In this document: positions 46,055 through 56,198 of the stretch, in pieces
Position numbering within the stretch: position 1 is the first letter of the stretch
How the letters are laid out: every line of letters starts with the position of its first letter
Program-made: the position numbers and the translations under genes
Notes under the pieces: model-generated
Seen by the model: the letters and a program-made list of their open reading frames with translations, nothing else
Told to the model about the DNA's origin: nothing
The model's database searches: none
IMG/VR virus record: IMGVR_UViG_3300005096_000055
Span: 1-58,902 of that record
Source of the DNA: a virus
Lineage: Duplodnaviria; Caudoviricetes
Reading direction: 5' to 3' (one strand)
DNA length: 58,902 nucleotides

Positions 46055-47238
46055 CAGACTACCTTGCCCAACTCGAAGAGCTCAAGCTCCCTGGAGATCG
46101 ATCCGGTTACGAAACGAAGCGCCGTAACCACGACTCGTATCCAGAAGGTTGGCGCCCAGGCCTTGACGTCGATTCAGAATCTGGTGGCTACATCACGACC
46201 GAGGCCTACCAACCTGGTTCCGAACCCGACAACGAAGCAGTCCTCGAGGAGTTCGGATACGACCCCGCAGCATGGACGATTGTCTCCATTCGGCATGGAA
46301 AGTGGCAAACGTACGACGAGCGTTGGCTGGAGACCAAGAAGATCTTCATTGAGCCACAAAAGCGTACCGCATTGGTACGGTTCGACACCGAGCAGATCAT
46401 GGCACGCATCTTGACTTGGAAGCCTAAGAAGCCATCCTCGAGGCTCTCAGAGGCATCGTTCTTTGCCCTCTCGGGAGACACTCAATTCGGGAAGATCGAG
46501 AATGGTGGAACCGAAGCGATCATTGAGCAATACATGAGTGAGTTATCGCGCACCCTTCATCGTCAGAAGAAGATCAAAGCCGCGACCGTAGTCCTTCCAT
46601 GGCTCGGTGACTGCATCGAAGGCAACCAATCACAAGGCGGCAGAGTCAAAGGCCGGATCGACCTGTCCCTCACCCAGCAGATACGGATCCTGCGCCGCAT
46701 CATCATGTGGCAGATCAAACAGTTCACGCCGACAGCAGACAGGGTGATCGTTGTCGTCATACCGGGAAACCATGATGATGTTGATAGGCAAATCTTGACT
46801 TCGATGACGGATTCGTGGGCGATAGAAGCGATCTCTGCTGTAGCCGATGCCGTGGCCGAGAACGAAGACCTCAACGAGCGAGTGAGCTTCATCTTCCCCG
46901 ACGAAGACACCATGTCAGTCACCGATGAATTCTCCGGCGTAGTCACTTCTATGGTTCACGGCCACCAATTCGGGACAGGAGTCAACGGTTGGAAGACTTG
47001 GTGGGATGGGCAGTGTGCAGGGAGGACACCAGTAGGTGACGCCGATCTTCTGCTATCTGCCCATCGCCACCATCTCAGGATCCAGGACTACGGTGGCTCG
47101 AGGCTATGGATACAGCAACCCTCGCTTGACATGGGTTCATCCTGGTGGACGGAGAGGAAAGGTGACCAATCGCCTGGTCGCATGATATCGTTCATAGCAA
47201 TCGATGGGCGAGTGGTCGAACTAGATCCCGTCCTATAA
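46051..47238 (+). CDS. Calcineurin-like metallophosphoesterase
   Basis: GDTQFG, LGDCIE, PGNHD, HGH, AHRH. Confidence 0.85.
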   Translation: MTDYLAQLEELKLPGDRSGYETKRRNHDSYPEGWRPGLDVDSESGGYITTEAYQPGSEPDNEAVLEEFGYDPAAWTIVSIRHGKWQTYDERWLETKKIFIEPQKRTALVRFDTEQIMARILTWKPKKPSSRLSEASFFALSGDTQFGKIENGGTEAIIEQYMSELSRTLHRQKKIKAATVVLPWLGDCIEGNQSQGGRVKGRIDLSLTQQIRILRRIIMWQIKQFTPTADRVIVVVIPGNHDDVDRQILTSMTDSWAIEAISAVADAVAENEDLNERVSFIFPDEDTMSVTDEFSGVVTSMVHGHQFGTGVNGWKTWWDGQCAGRTPVGDADLLLSAHRHHLRIQDYGGSRLWIQQPSLDMGSSWWTERKGDQSPGRMISFIAIDGRVVELDPVL

Positions 47239-47250
47239 GGAGAAGCACCT

Positions 47251-48213
47251 ATGAAGCGGATACCAGAATCGGTAATCAGCATGATCGAGGCACTTGGTGT
47301 CAGTGTTGTTGTCGTGGATGGGGCGTGGGAGCGTGGCAGTGATTTCCCAACTGGCATTGTTGGTGGCATGGTTCATCATTGGGGGAGCGAGGCTGCTCGT
47401 CGGGGTGACGTACAGGCTGGCCATTCGTACCCGAAGTCACAGGGTGGATTAAGGACCGATGAACGGATCGTTGACAACTGGTTCGTTGATCAGGACGGAA
47501 CCATCTATCTGATTGCTGCCGGGGCTTCCAACTACTCGTCATGCTACGGGTCACGCCAGGTGCTCAATGAGGTACGTGAAGGAAGGTGGCCGGGTGGTAC
47601 GGCGCGACAGCGCAAGCTGACTCATAACACGATCTGTGGGAACAAGTACTTCTGGAATGTTGAGACTGAACACCCAGGTGATGGCTCGCCAATGCCTGAC
47701 ATCCAGGAAGTTGCGGTCGCTGCACTTGTTGCATGCATGGCTCGGGCACTCAACCAGTCGATCGACCAGGTGATTGGGCATTCAGAATGGACAACGCGCA
47801 AGGTCGATCCACGCTGGGAGGGCCCAGGTAACCGTATGCCAGCTATCCGTGCTGAAGCGCTTTCGATCTTCGCCGGCAATCTACCCCTACCACTACCACC
47901 ACAGGAGACAGACATGCTCCAGATGCCACCAACACTCAAGTACGGCGACGGTGCCTGGGTCAACCAACGACAAGATGCACCGAATGGTGACTTCAGCATT
48001 GAGGCGATCTATGCAGTCGAGAACCTCCAGGCCCTCATGGCTTTGCGTGGGTTCATTGATGAGAACAGCGAAGATGACGGATCGATCCCGGCCGATGGGA
48101 AGTTCGGTCGCGGAACAGAAGCAGCAGTGAAGGCATTCCAGACATCAGTTGGGCTAGCATCTGACGGTGTTGCCGGACCAATGACCTGGACGGCACTCAT
48201 ACTTGCAACCTAG
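47251..48213 (+). CDS. Endolysin: Amidase_2-type domain plus peptidoglycan-binding domain
   Basis: GMVHHW..VETE..IGHSEW..RKVDP; ADGKFGRGTEAAVKAFQ..DGVAGPMTW. Confidence 0.9.
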   Translation: MKRIPESVISMIEALGVSVVVVDGAWERGSDFPTGIVGGMVHHWGSEAARRGDVQAGHSYPKSQGGLRTDERIVDNWFVDQDGTIYLIAAGASNYSSCYGSRQVLNEVREGRWPGGTARQRKLTHNTICGNKYFWNVETEHPGDGSPMPDIQEVAVAALVACMARALNQSIDQVIGHSEWTTRKVDPRWEGPGNRMPAIRAEALSIFAGNLPLPLPPQETDMLQMPPTLKYGDGAWVNQRQDAPNGDFSIEAIYAVENLQALMALRGFIDENSEDDGSIPADGKFGRGTEAAVKAFQTSVGLASDGVAGPMTWTALILAT

Positions 48214-48225
48214 GAAGGGAGCTAC

Positions 48226-48441
48226 ATGCTCGAACGAATCAAGCAAGAACCAGTGAGGTTCTGGTCGACACTGACTGGCATCATCACGGCAGGGTTCGGG
48301 ATCCTCATTGGGTTCGGGATCCTCGACTGGACAGCCGAACAGATCGGCCTCATCCTGGTACTGTGGGCAGCCGTTGGGTCCCTGTTCCAGTTCTTCTACG
48401 TGAGGAACAAGGTCACGCCCACACAACCGCCCAACCAGTAA
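48226..48441 (+). CDS. Holin
   Basis: EPV..two TM..VRNKVTP, after endolysin. Confidence 0.8.
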   Translation: MLERIKQEPVRFWSTLTGIITAGFGILIGFGILDWTAEQIGLILVLWAAVGSLFQFFYVRNKVTPTQPPNQ

Positions 48442-48454
48442 CCACACACAAGAT

Positions 48455-48505
48455 CAGAGAAAGCCCCCTCCCCGTCTAGGTGCCGGGTCAGAAGGGGGCT
48501 TCTCT
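48455..48505. terminator. Hairpin between convergent late and repair operons
   Basis: cagagaaagccccct...agggggcttctctg. Confidence 0.7.
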
Positions 48506-48738
48506 GTGTCTGTGCAACGTGAGTACACGCTATTCGTGTAGCCGTGAGCTCTGGTCCTTCCAGTGCCAGAAGTGAGCCTCATCCCTCGAGCGGTAATGCA
48601 TGACCATCTGTGAGCGTTTCCACTGCCTCTTACCTGGGCGCCCACGCATCGATCTGATCACGGTAGAGAAGTGCGTTGAATCAGCTTCACAGGCACAATC
48701 GATCTTCGACTCCTTCGCTGCCATCCACTGCACGGCCA

Positions 48739-49020
48739 TCAGCGACCCTCGTACTGCCACATACGGGCATTGCAGTAGGCGTGTACGGCACCTTCAGTTA
48801 GGTCGGTGTCGTGATCATGCTGGAGGTGGATGAGGTGGTCAAAGAAGCCCAAAGGGAACAAGGTTGGATTGACGACCCTGTCAAACACCCAATCTGCCGG
48901 TTCTCCATGAATATCCACTTGACAGTAGAAGCACTTGCCATCTTGCCGCTTCACATACTCTTCTCTGACCGCACGCCTATCCCTCCATGTCAACTGTGAG
49001 TACTCCACTGGCAGGTTCAT
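48739..49020 (-). CDS. Endonuclease VII-like His-Me finger protein
   Basis: QDGKCFYC..HLQHDHDT...GAVHAYCN. Confidence 0.75.
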   Translation of the reverse strand: MNLPVEYSQLTWRDRRAVREEYVKRQDGKCFYCQVDIHGEPADWVFDRVVNPTLFPLGFFDHLIHLQHDHDTDLTEGAVHAYCNARMWQYEGR

Positions 49021-49742
49021 CGCGCCACCGTCGCACCGAGATGCTTCTTGATCAGCCATGCACCCCTAACCATCTCAGGGCTCGGCTTCATGCCAACGAA
49101 GTGCCTGAGCTTCAACAGCTCCGTCAATGTGAACTGTGGCACGCCAGCATGCACACCCTGAGGCAGCATCACATCCTCATCCTTTGTGATCACGACATAC
49201 TCACCCACCGTCCCGAGGTACACTTTTGCATACCCCTTCGACTCGAGATCCCACTTGAGTTGTTCGGCGGCTGCAACCGATGTCAGGCCCTTGAGCTTCT
49301 TGGGTAGCCTTGGCAGCCGAGCCTCGCCATTGATGGCAGCGCTCACCTTCGTTGCCTGCTTGGACCAACTGTACAGCTCCCTCTTCTTGACGAACTGAGG
49401 GTGCTTCCAGAACAGCGTGAACCAGGACCGACCGGCGTTCTCGCGTGGTAACGCTTCGGTGATCGATCCACCCTTATGGAACTCGATCTCATACAGGGCG
49501 CCGGTAGCTCTCATGATTTGATCGCGATGGAGGCGGCAGGTTGTGTCGGCAGCCTCGAGGAAGTCGACACTGAGCTTGTCAGTCAAGCTTGAATATTGCC
49601 TGGAAAGCCTTTTGGAGGCCCCGAGCCGCCTCCACAGAACTAACTCCACCGTAGGGATGAGGGAGCTTACCTTGGGTAGCTCCGTGCAGGCCTTGCACTT
49701 CTTCATCGACTTGCGGATCTTGATCGCTCTCTTCGTCTCCAT
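49017..49742 (-). CDS. Hypothetical protein
   Basis: 241 aa basic ORF in operon. Confidence 0.7.
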   Translation of the reverse strand: METKRAIKIRKSMKKCKACTELPKVSSLIPTVELVLWRRLGASKRLSRQYSSLTDKLSVDFLEAADTTCRLHRDQIMRATGALYEIEFHKGGSITEALPRENAGRSWFTLFWKHPQFVKKRELYSWSKQATKVSAAINGEARLPRLPKKLKGLTSVAAAEQLKWDLESKGYAKVYLGTVGEYVVITKDEDVMLPQGVHAGVPQFTLTELLKLRHFVGMKPSPEMVRGAWLIKKHLGATVAR

Positions 49743-49823
49743 GTTGACCCCTCAACTGTTCTTGTACTTCGGTCGGAAGTACTTCACCTTGCCCACTGAA
49801 TCCTCTTGCTGTTCCCATGGCCA

Positions 49824-50501
49824 TCACGATAACGCATCCCACAAGCGCTCGGCTGTCTTTGGTCCGATTCCCTTGATCTTGAGCAACTCTGCCTTGTCAT
49901 CGAACAACCAGGTGAAGGGGAGGCCACCGAAGTGATCCATAATTGCAGTTGCTTGTACCGGCCCAACACCATCGAATCCTTGTAGGAAGTGAATCTGCCA
50001 GGACCTCGAGTCTCGCGTCCCCCACTTGGTTCTTGGCGATGATGGGCGCCTATCCAGTGAGCTCCTGCCGTTCTGATGGTCGGGTGATTCGGTCCACTTC
50101 TTGATGGCCTTGATCACCTGCACCATCTCGGCTTGGTCGCGCACGCGATAGGTCGGCATGTCGTAGAGGAGTGCCACTGAGGTCAGGAGCACGAACATGC
50201 CTTCCTTGGTGAGCTTGTCGTATCTCCCCATAGGTTGGCCATCCGTAGTCCACTGTCCGAACCCCTCGAGCACCAGGAACGCCTGATCGATCGAATCGAT
50301 TTGCCCGAGCTCCTTGGCCAATCTCCCGTCGTCCAGTGACGACTCAAGGTCATTGGGGTACTGCTTCCTCTGGACCCCGTACCATCGCTTACCGGCCATC
50401 CACATGAAGTCGACACCGTGCTTCTCGGGCTTCGAGCTGGTGCGCCCGAGCTCGCGCACTAGGGACTTGGGTTCAGTGGGTGAACAGAGGATCTTCTTCA
50501 T
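49824..50501 (-). CDS. ERCC4/XPF-family nuclease with tandem HhH
   Basis: GVDF..VQRK..DL.SSL.DGRL..LVLEG; FDGVGP and IKGIGPKTAE. Confidence 0.85.
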   Translation of the reverse strand: MKKILCSPTEPKSLVRELGRTSSKPEKHGVDFMWMAGKRWYGVQRKQYPNDLESSLDDGRLAKELGQIDSIDQAFLVLEGFGQWTTDGQPMGRYDKLTKEGMFVLLTSVALLYDMPTYRVRDQAEMVQVIKAIKKWTESPDHQNGRSSLDRRPSSPRTKWGTRDSRSWQIHFLQGFDGVGPVQATAIMDHFGGLPFTWLFDDKAELLKIKGIGPKTAERLWDALS

Positions 50502-51358
50502 TTCCCCTTCTTCTTCTGAGCAGCTTTCCTCTCGGCAACCGTCATCTTCGGCTTCTTCTTGCCCTTCTCTTTCCACCCAGCAACGTCCCTGAGGTAGTCG
50601 TAGGCGAAGTTCTCGACGGGCTCGTTCTTGAGCATCTCTCTCTCACGGTCCTTGGCGGTCGTGATGCTCCAGCCCTTCTTGTCCTGGGTGAACAGAATCG
50701 CTGTGTGGACATTGTGCATGAGGCGCTTGTTGCCAGTCGGCTTCAACCCGACATGGCCGAAGGTGCTGATCACATCCTTGCTGTCACCAAAGCTCCCTCC
50801 ACCCCTCGAGACGGCAGCGGCGCCGGCTGTAACGAACGTATGACCGCGGTGCATGTAGAAGACGGCTTTGGAGAACGAGTTGTACAGGGGCTTGATGACG
50901 TTCCAGTCAGTGAAGCCCTCGAACAGGTTCTCCTTGGCTGGGTTCTTCATGACCTTTCTCCGGCTCACGAAGTAGTCACCCTTGTCCTCGCCGTACACCT
51001 CGTTGGAGTAGTGGTTCTGCGCTTCTTCCCACGACACATCCATGAGATCAGCAACGGCCCAATCGTCGTTACCCATGTTCTTCTTGATCATCTTGCCGAA
51101 GGCCACGTAGTCTTCCCAACCGTCATAAGGGATGGTGAGATTGATGCGGCCGGACTCAGCTAGATCAGGGTAGCCGTCATAGAGCATGCGCTCGATGGCG
51201 TAGTCGGTGTCCAAGACGTAGAAGTCGCCATCGATGTCGGCCTCGAGCAATGCTTGAGCAATGTCCAACCAGGCCTTGGACTTACCTGCGCCCGACCCAC
51301 CGTACCCGAGAATCCTCTCGCGCGGCTTGCCCTTCGGTATGTAGAGTTGCTTCCCCAT
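50498..51358 (-). CDS. P-loop ATPase (AAA_24/Sak4-like)
   Basis: GYGGSGAGKS, YVLDTD, WAVAD. Confidence 0.75.
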   Translation of the reverse strand: MGKQLYIPKGKPRERILGYGGSGAGKSKAWLDIAQALLEADIDGDFYVLDTDYAIERMLYDGYPDLAESGRINLTIPYDGWEDYVAFGKMIKKNMGNDDWAVADLMDVSWEEAQNHYSNEVYGEDKGDYFVSRRKVMKNPAKENLFEGFTDWNVIKPLYNSFSKAVFYMHRGHTFVTAGAAAVSRGGGSFGDSKDVISTFGHVGLKPTGNKRLMHNVHTAILFTQDKKGWSITTAKDREREMLKNEPVENFAYDYLRDVAGWKEKGKKKPKMTVAERKAAQKKKGK

Positions 51359-51361
51359 GTA

Positions 51362-52354
51362 CTACCCCTTCTCTTTGCGTGGTGTGATGCTCCAACGGTC
51401 ATAGTTGCTCGTTTTCGTGTACCTGTCAACCAGCTCTTTGCCCTCGCCGGCGATCAGTGCAGTCTTGTCGAGCCTCTGACTGGAGACCTCGGTGATCTTG
51501 ACTTGGAAGTGGTCACTACCAAACCGCAGCCTGTTGTTGCGGTACCCACCATCAAGCTGCTTCTTGATGCGGTCCTTCTCTTTCTTGGCCCACTTCTCGG
51601 TCTCAACGACCTCGTAATACCCAGCCAGCATGTCGTCGAGTTCAGCGATGTTGTCGATCGGGATCTCACCGTCACCAACTTCGGTGTCATCGACCTCATC
51701 CTCATCATGGAGGAACCAGAACTCACAGAAGTACGAGGCCCCGCCATCAACATCGCACTTGGGCATCTCGCCCTTCTTGAACATGTTGTAGAGGCGCACC
51801 GCTCTCGAGCGTATCTGGCGCAACGTCTTGGGTGGCTCGTTGATCAGCCAGGTATCGATGAGGCCATCATCGCGGCGCTTGACCGTGTAGTGGGCAGTGA
51901 GGTGCTCGGAAGCAAGCATGTAGATGGCAAGTTGCCATGCGTAGCTTGGACGAGCGTTGAAGCGACCGTTGATCCACTGATCAAACGACGACCTCGAGGC
52001 CGACTTACACTCCCACAGCCGCTCTCCACCGTACTCGCCGGAGTCGAACTGGTCTGAGGTGCCGAGGTTGATGTACCCATCGATGTGGCCGACGATGTGG
52101 AGTTTCCCAGGTAAGATCTTGAGCACGACTTCGGCCTGATCACCGTTGAACTCGTATCCCTCTTGAGTGAGCTGCTCAACGGCCGCAGCTTCGTGGAGGT
52201 GCCCCTCAGAGAACGCTCTCTTGATGACATCCTTGTGCTCCATGGGCTGGACACCATCGTAGATGGCCCACAGCTTTCTCGAGCACCCGCCGAACGACGA
52301 TGCGCGCACATAGATGATGCCGTCCTTGGTGTAGACAGATGGTCCGTCAGCCAC
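51362..52354 (-). CDS. Cas4-like/PD-(D/E)XK exonuclease
   Basis: RASSFGGCSR..GHLHE..GHIDG..WECKS..WQLAIY..C..FCEF. Confidence 0.85.
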   Translation of the reverse strand: MADGPSVYTKDGIIYVRASSFGGCSRKLWAIYDGVQPMEHKDVIKRAFSEGHLHEAAAVEQLTQEGYEFNGDQAEVVLKILPGKLHIVGHIDGYINLGTSDQFDSGEYGGERLWECKSASRSSFDQWINGRFNARPSYAWQLAIYMLASEHLTAHYTVKRRDDGLIDTWLINEPPKTLRQIRSRAVRLYNMFKKGEMPKCDVDGGASYFCEFWFLHDEDEVDDTEVGDGEIPIDNIAELDDMLAGYYEVVETEKWAKKEKDRIKKQLDGGYRNNRLRFGSDHFQVKITEVSSQRLDKTALIAGEGKELVDRYTKTSNYDRWSITPRKEKG

Positions 52355-53000
52355 GTTGGTTCCTTTCGGGGAAGTCGGTTACCTTGAGCTTGGTGATGAT
52401 GCGCTGGCCCATGCGGTTGCGGAGTTCAACAACTGGTCGTAGTACCCAGCCCTCGGCCTCGGTGTCGCGTTCGTACGATGGAACCATCCCACCACCACGG
52501 AACCAATCGACTGCATGACGGAGTGGCATCATCGCTGCGACGAACACATGATTGATGCCAAGCTGATTGGCGATGTCGAAGACGTTCTCTCGCTCAAGGA
52601 ACACGCCGGTCTCGGTTACCATCACATCGTACAGGATGAAGCCCTTGTCTGATCGATAGTCACCGCCACCCTTCTGAATCCCAGCGCCATAGCCCTCACC
52701 GTAGAGCGTGAGGCCGTCGAGGTTCAGCCTCACCGTCCTGTCACCAATCTCGTTGAGGTGGTTCATGAGGTCAACGTGGAGCTGTGCATTGTCTGTTCTG
52801 CCGCCGATACTGAACCCTGATGTACCAACGTGAATGCGCGTGTTGGTCCCATCGATCTTCTCGGTAGCCTCCCACATGTCCTCAGCTAGGTAGCTGAACT
52901 CAGGCTCACTCCATTTCCACATGAGGAACGTCTTGTGGTGGTTGTTGGGGTCGCGCTTGAACACGGACTGGATCTTTGGGTATGTGGGGGTGGTGGTCAT
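52347..53000 (-). CDS. ATP-dependent RNA ligase (Rnl2-like adenylyltransferase domain)
   Basis: TEKIDGTN, LYGEGYG, FILYDV, EGWVLRP, TKLK. Confidence 0.85.
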   Translation of the reverse strand: MTTTPTYPKIQSVFKRDPNNHHKTFLMWKWSEPEFSYLAEDMWEATEKIDGTNTRIHVGTSGFSIGGRTDNAQLHVDLMNHLNEIGDRTVRLNLDGLTLYGEGYGAGIQKGGGDYRSDKGFILYDVMVTETGVFLERENVFDIANQLGINHVFVAAMMPLRHAVDWFRGGGMVPSYERDTEAEGWVLRPVVELRNRMGQRIITKLKVTDFPERNQRG

Positions 53001-53430
53001 GTCGTCCCTCTCTCTGCTGGGAACCTCACCAGGAGCCGGTAACCAGTTCCGTAGTACCCATTTCCGTCATCGCCCTCAACCGCATACAGGTTGATGCGCT
53101 TGTCCTCAGCCACGACGAACACGGAGTAGATGGTTTCACGTTCCCATTCACTTTCGTCATCAGACACGCCTTCTTCAAACTCGACTGCTGTGATGATGTT
53201 GTCGCAGTCGTTCAGTTCCGTGAGGCCATACCAGCCGCTCGCGCATCCGCCACATCCTTCGTTCGCGACAACCCTGACAACGGTTCCGTCATCGAGCTCA
53301 AGATGATCATCGGCAACCTTCGCTACCTTGTGCCCAAGAAGGAGATCACGGATCTTGTCGTGGTCGAATTCACTGTACTCGGTAATCGTCTTGTCGTTGT
53401 ACGGATAGGCCTCATTGATCAGTTTGGTCA
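52997..53430 (-). CDS. Hypothetical phage protein
   Basis: NEGCGGCASG..GDDGNGYYGTG; start at MTKLIN. Confidence 0.7.
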
Positions 53431-54574
53431 TGTCTTCTCCCTGTCCATAGGTACTAGCGCACATATCTTCCCGTCGAATATCACTTCGTTGCATCCAGTC
53501 AACGTGAGGGTGTCGCCGCCGTCGATCCATGCCAACGAGGTGATGATGCTGCCGATCGATTCGTTCTTGATGTTGCTGAACCCGATGGAGATGTTCGGTG
53601 TTTGTTCCTTGTACGCTGGTCTCTTGTTCTTGGTGCGTCGGAATATCATGTCGTCTCCCATCGATTCAGGTAGAGCTTCTCGAACTTCTTCTGGTAAGCA
53701 ACCTCATGCTTGCGACATAGGAATATGTCCATGTTGCTAGCTGGCCCCGTTGCCGAGCAGTCACATTCACTGGCCTTCACGCCGTACTCGTCTCTCTCAC
53801 AGCCTTCACAGACATCAGGCACTTGAGATACAACATCTAGAAGGATCCCGCACTCGCTGCAGAAGTGCTCAGTGAATGGTCTGAGGTCTCCAGGCGTCCA
53901 TCCTTCAGGCTCTCTGCAACACCCATCACATCCGTGGACTGCCTCGAACTCAGTCCCAACTTCCTTCCAGTAGGGAAGCTGATCGGGATCAGGGTGCCCA
54001 ATGCCGTGCTCACAGATCCTCTCGAAGATGTTGCGGTCGTCGCGGTAGAGCAGGTCCATGGAGCGCATGTGGTGAATTGATGGGTTGTGGATCACACAGT
54101 TGCGACCCTTGCAGTTCTGCCGGTAATGGACTCCGATGATGCGGTGGCCATGGATCAGCCAGACCTCGCCAGGGATCGTGACGGTGTCGACGTACTCGAG
54201 GGCTGGATCAGGTTCGTTACTCATGACATCTCCACGTTCTCTTTGATGGAAATGTGCCTGTGTCCGTTCATTTCGTACCAAGATGCGTGTTCGCTGAATT
54301 CGTAGCCGCATGCGATGCATCTCGAGACGACCGGCGGTCTGGACTCGTTCAGCTTGTCCGTCCACATGCACCTGAGGCAGATGGATTCTGTCTCGTTGAT
54401 GATGAGATCCCCGTCAACTACTACCTGCTTGATTCTGCCACCAGACCCGCAGATAGGCGCCAGAGCCCCGCTTGGACTTTCCTTCACCAAGTGCCAGGTG
54501 CCGGCCTTAGTCATCCCTAGGTCTAGGTGCTCGGCTACATACGGAACGCTGGGATCAAAGTCTAGGTTGCTCAT
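53428..54574 (-). CDS. Three hypothetical ORFs (53428-53661, 53646-54224, 54221-54574)
   Basis: Middle ORF is Cys/His-rich (CVIHNPS, CEHGIGHPDPD, HGCDGCC). Confidence 0.65.
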
Positions 54575-54693
54575 CTCGTACCCCTCTCATCGGTCATTAT
54601 GAGGGCGCATGACTCTGTTGGACTCGAGCAGCCTACGCCCTCTTTGGGGTTCTCTCTGCGACTGAGATAGGACAGCCGCTCCAACAAACCGTA

Positions 54694-54787
54694 GGTGGGG
54701 GCGGATTCGAACCACTTTCCTAATCAACCGCATCCAACGGCCACCTGCCTGCACTTACCAGCTCTCACTGGCTCTCGTTCAGCCCAC
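54694..54787 (-). ncRNA. tRNA-like RNA (T arm plus partial acceptor)
   Basis: GTGG-TTCGAAT-CCGC then CCCCAC, complementary to 5' GTGGG; internal hairpins. Confidence 0.4.
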
Positions 54788-54852
54788 TAACAGTACTCGT
54801 ACCCGTGTAACCGAACCTCGAGGCTGTGCAATAACCCCGTGTCTCTCGAGAC

Positions 54853-55530
54853 CTACGAGTCAAAGATCCCATCCTCGTCAAGCACCTCATCGTAGAGGTC
54901 ACTGAAGTCCTCTACCTCAGGGAACTTGTCGAGAGCAGCCTCAACGAACTCGTCGTGATCATCGTGCTTGCCGGCCAGCTTGACAAGCGCCTTTCTCAGG
55001 TCCTTCTCGCTGGCCTTACTTGCTTTTCCCTTGGATTTGTCCTTGTCCTTGGACTTCTTCTTCTTCTTCTTGCCAGCCTCACCGATGAACTTTGTCGGCA
55101 GGAGAAGGAACTTCTCTTCACCATCGAAGCCCTTGTACGACTTGCGCTCGAAGTCGAAGATGAGATCGCGGTAGATGGAGGCATCTGCAGGTCCTTCGCC
55201 GGACTCTTCTGCCCTTGCCATCACCAGGTCAGCAGCATCTGTCTCGAGAACTGCACGGAAGAACCGAGCGTAGTTCGTGCTGCCGTTGAACTGGTCACGA
55301 CCCTCAACGATGATGTTGTCATCCGTCTCCCAGCCCTTGCCGATGGAGTACAGGATGCTTCCCTGCCAGTGCTCGTGATCGCAGTCGCCTTCAAGGATGA
55401 AGACGAGAACTTCGCCTTCACCATACGAAGCGTCGTAGTTGAACGACTGGTCCGTGATGGCGACTCTTACCGGCCCGTCTGAACCTGGCAGTGCGCCACC
55501 TTCTGTGGTTTCCCACTTGTTCTTACTCAA
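54853..55530 (-). CDS. Hypothetical protein, possible ssDNA-binding/recombination protein
   Basis: Beta-rich core, Lys-rich linker, acidic C-terminus; context. Confidence 0.55.
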   Translation of the reverse strand: MSKNKWETTEGGALPGSDGPVRVAITDQSFNYDASYGEGEVLVFILEGDCDHEHWQGSILYSIGKGWETDDNIIVEGRDQFNGSTNYARFFRAVLETDAADLVMARAEESGEGPADASIYRDLIFDFERKSYKGFDGEEKFLLLPTKFIGEAGKKKKKKSKDKDKSKGKASKASEKDLRKALVKLAGKHDDHDEFVEAALDKFPEVEDFSDLYDEVLDEDGIFDS

Positions 55531-55660
55531 GGTTGACTCCCTTGGTAGGGAGCAGGAATAGAGCCACCCCTTCGGCGGTTACCCTCTGCTCGTCGGTCGT
55601 GTCTCACTACAGTACTACTCCAGCGAGACTTGTCTACCCCCTCTTTGAGGGGAAGTTCGG

Positions 55661-56198
55661 TCACGTTTCCGTGCCCATGATCTTGTCGTCCTTGCCCTTG
55701 CGTTTGCTCACCTCGAGCCTGGGCGAAAGGACCTTCTTCTTACCAATAGTGACCCTCACTACGTTCACTTCTTCCTGGGTGAACGAGCCCTTGTCGCCAC
55801 CGATCTCGGTGCAGTAGAGCCATGCTCCGCGCAGGGGGTGTACCCATGGGGACTTTCCACATCGATCGCATACGCCGAGCTCACTCACTGTGACCACACC
55901 CCTTCTTCTTGTGTTGACACACCCTCTTCCTATACTCGCGTAGCACGGCTTCATTCAGTTGCTCCATTAGCTCGCTTGAGCTGCTGTGAGGATCCACGAG
56001 GAATCCTTTCGGCACATTGGCCTCATGGCGCATCCGCTCTATGACCTCATCGATGGCTGCTCGGACATCCTTTACAGCCTGCTTCCTTCTCTTCCGCCGC
56101 TCCTGCTCGAGCACCCAATCATCAAGTGCCTTAGTAATCAACGCCGGAATCCCCTTGTAGATCGCAACGATGTCCCTCGCTATAACCCTCAACCTCAT
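55661..56198 (-). CDS. Two hypothetical ORFs (55661-~55890, 55881-56198)
   Basis: Coupled downstream of helicase. Confidence 0.55.

Noticed and set aside
51362-52354. CRISPR-Cas system
   Set aside because: Solo Cas4-like nuclease; no array or other cas genes
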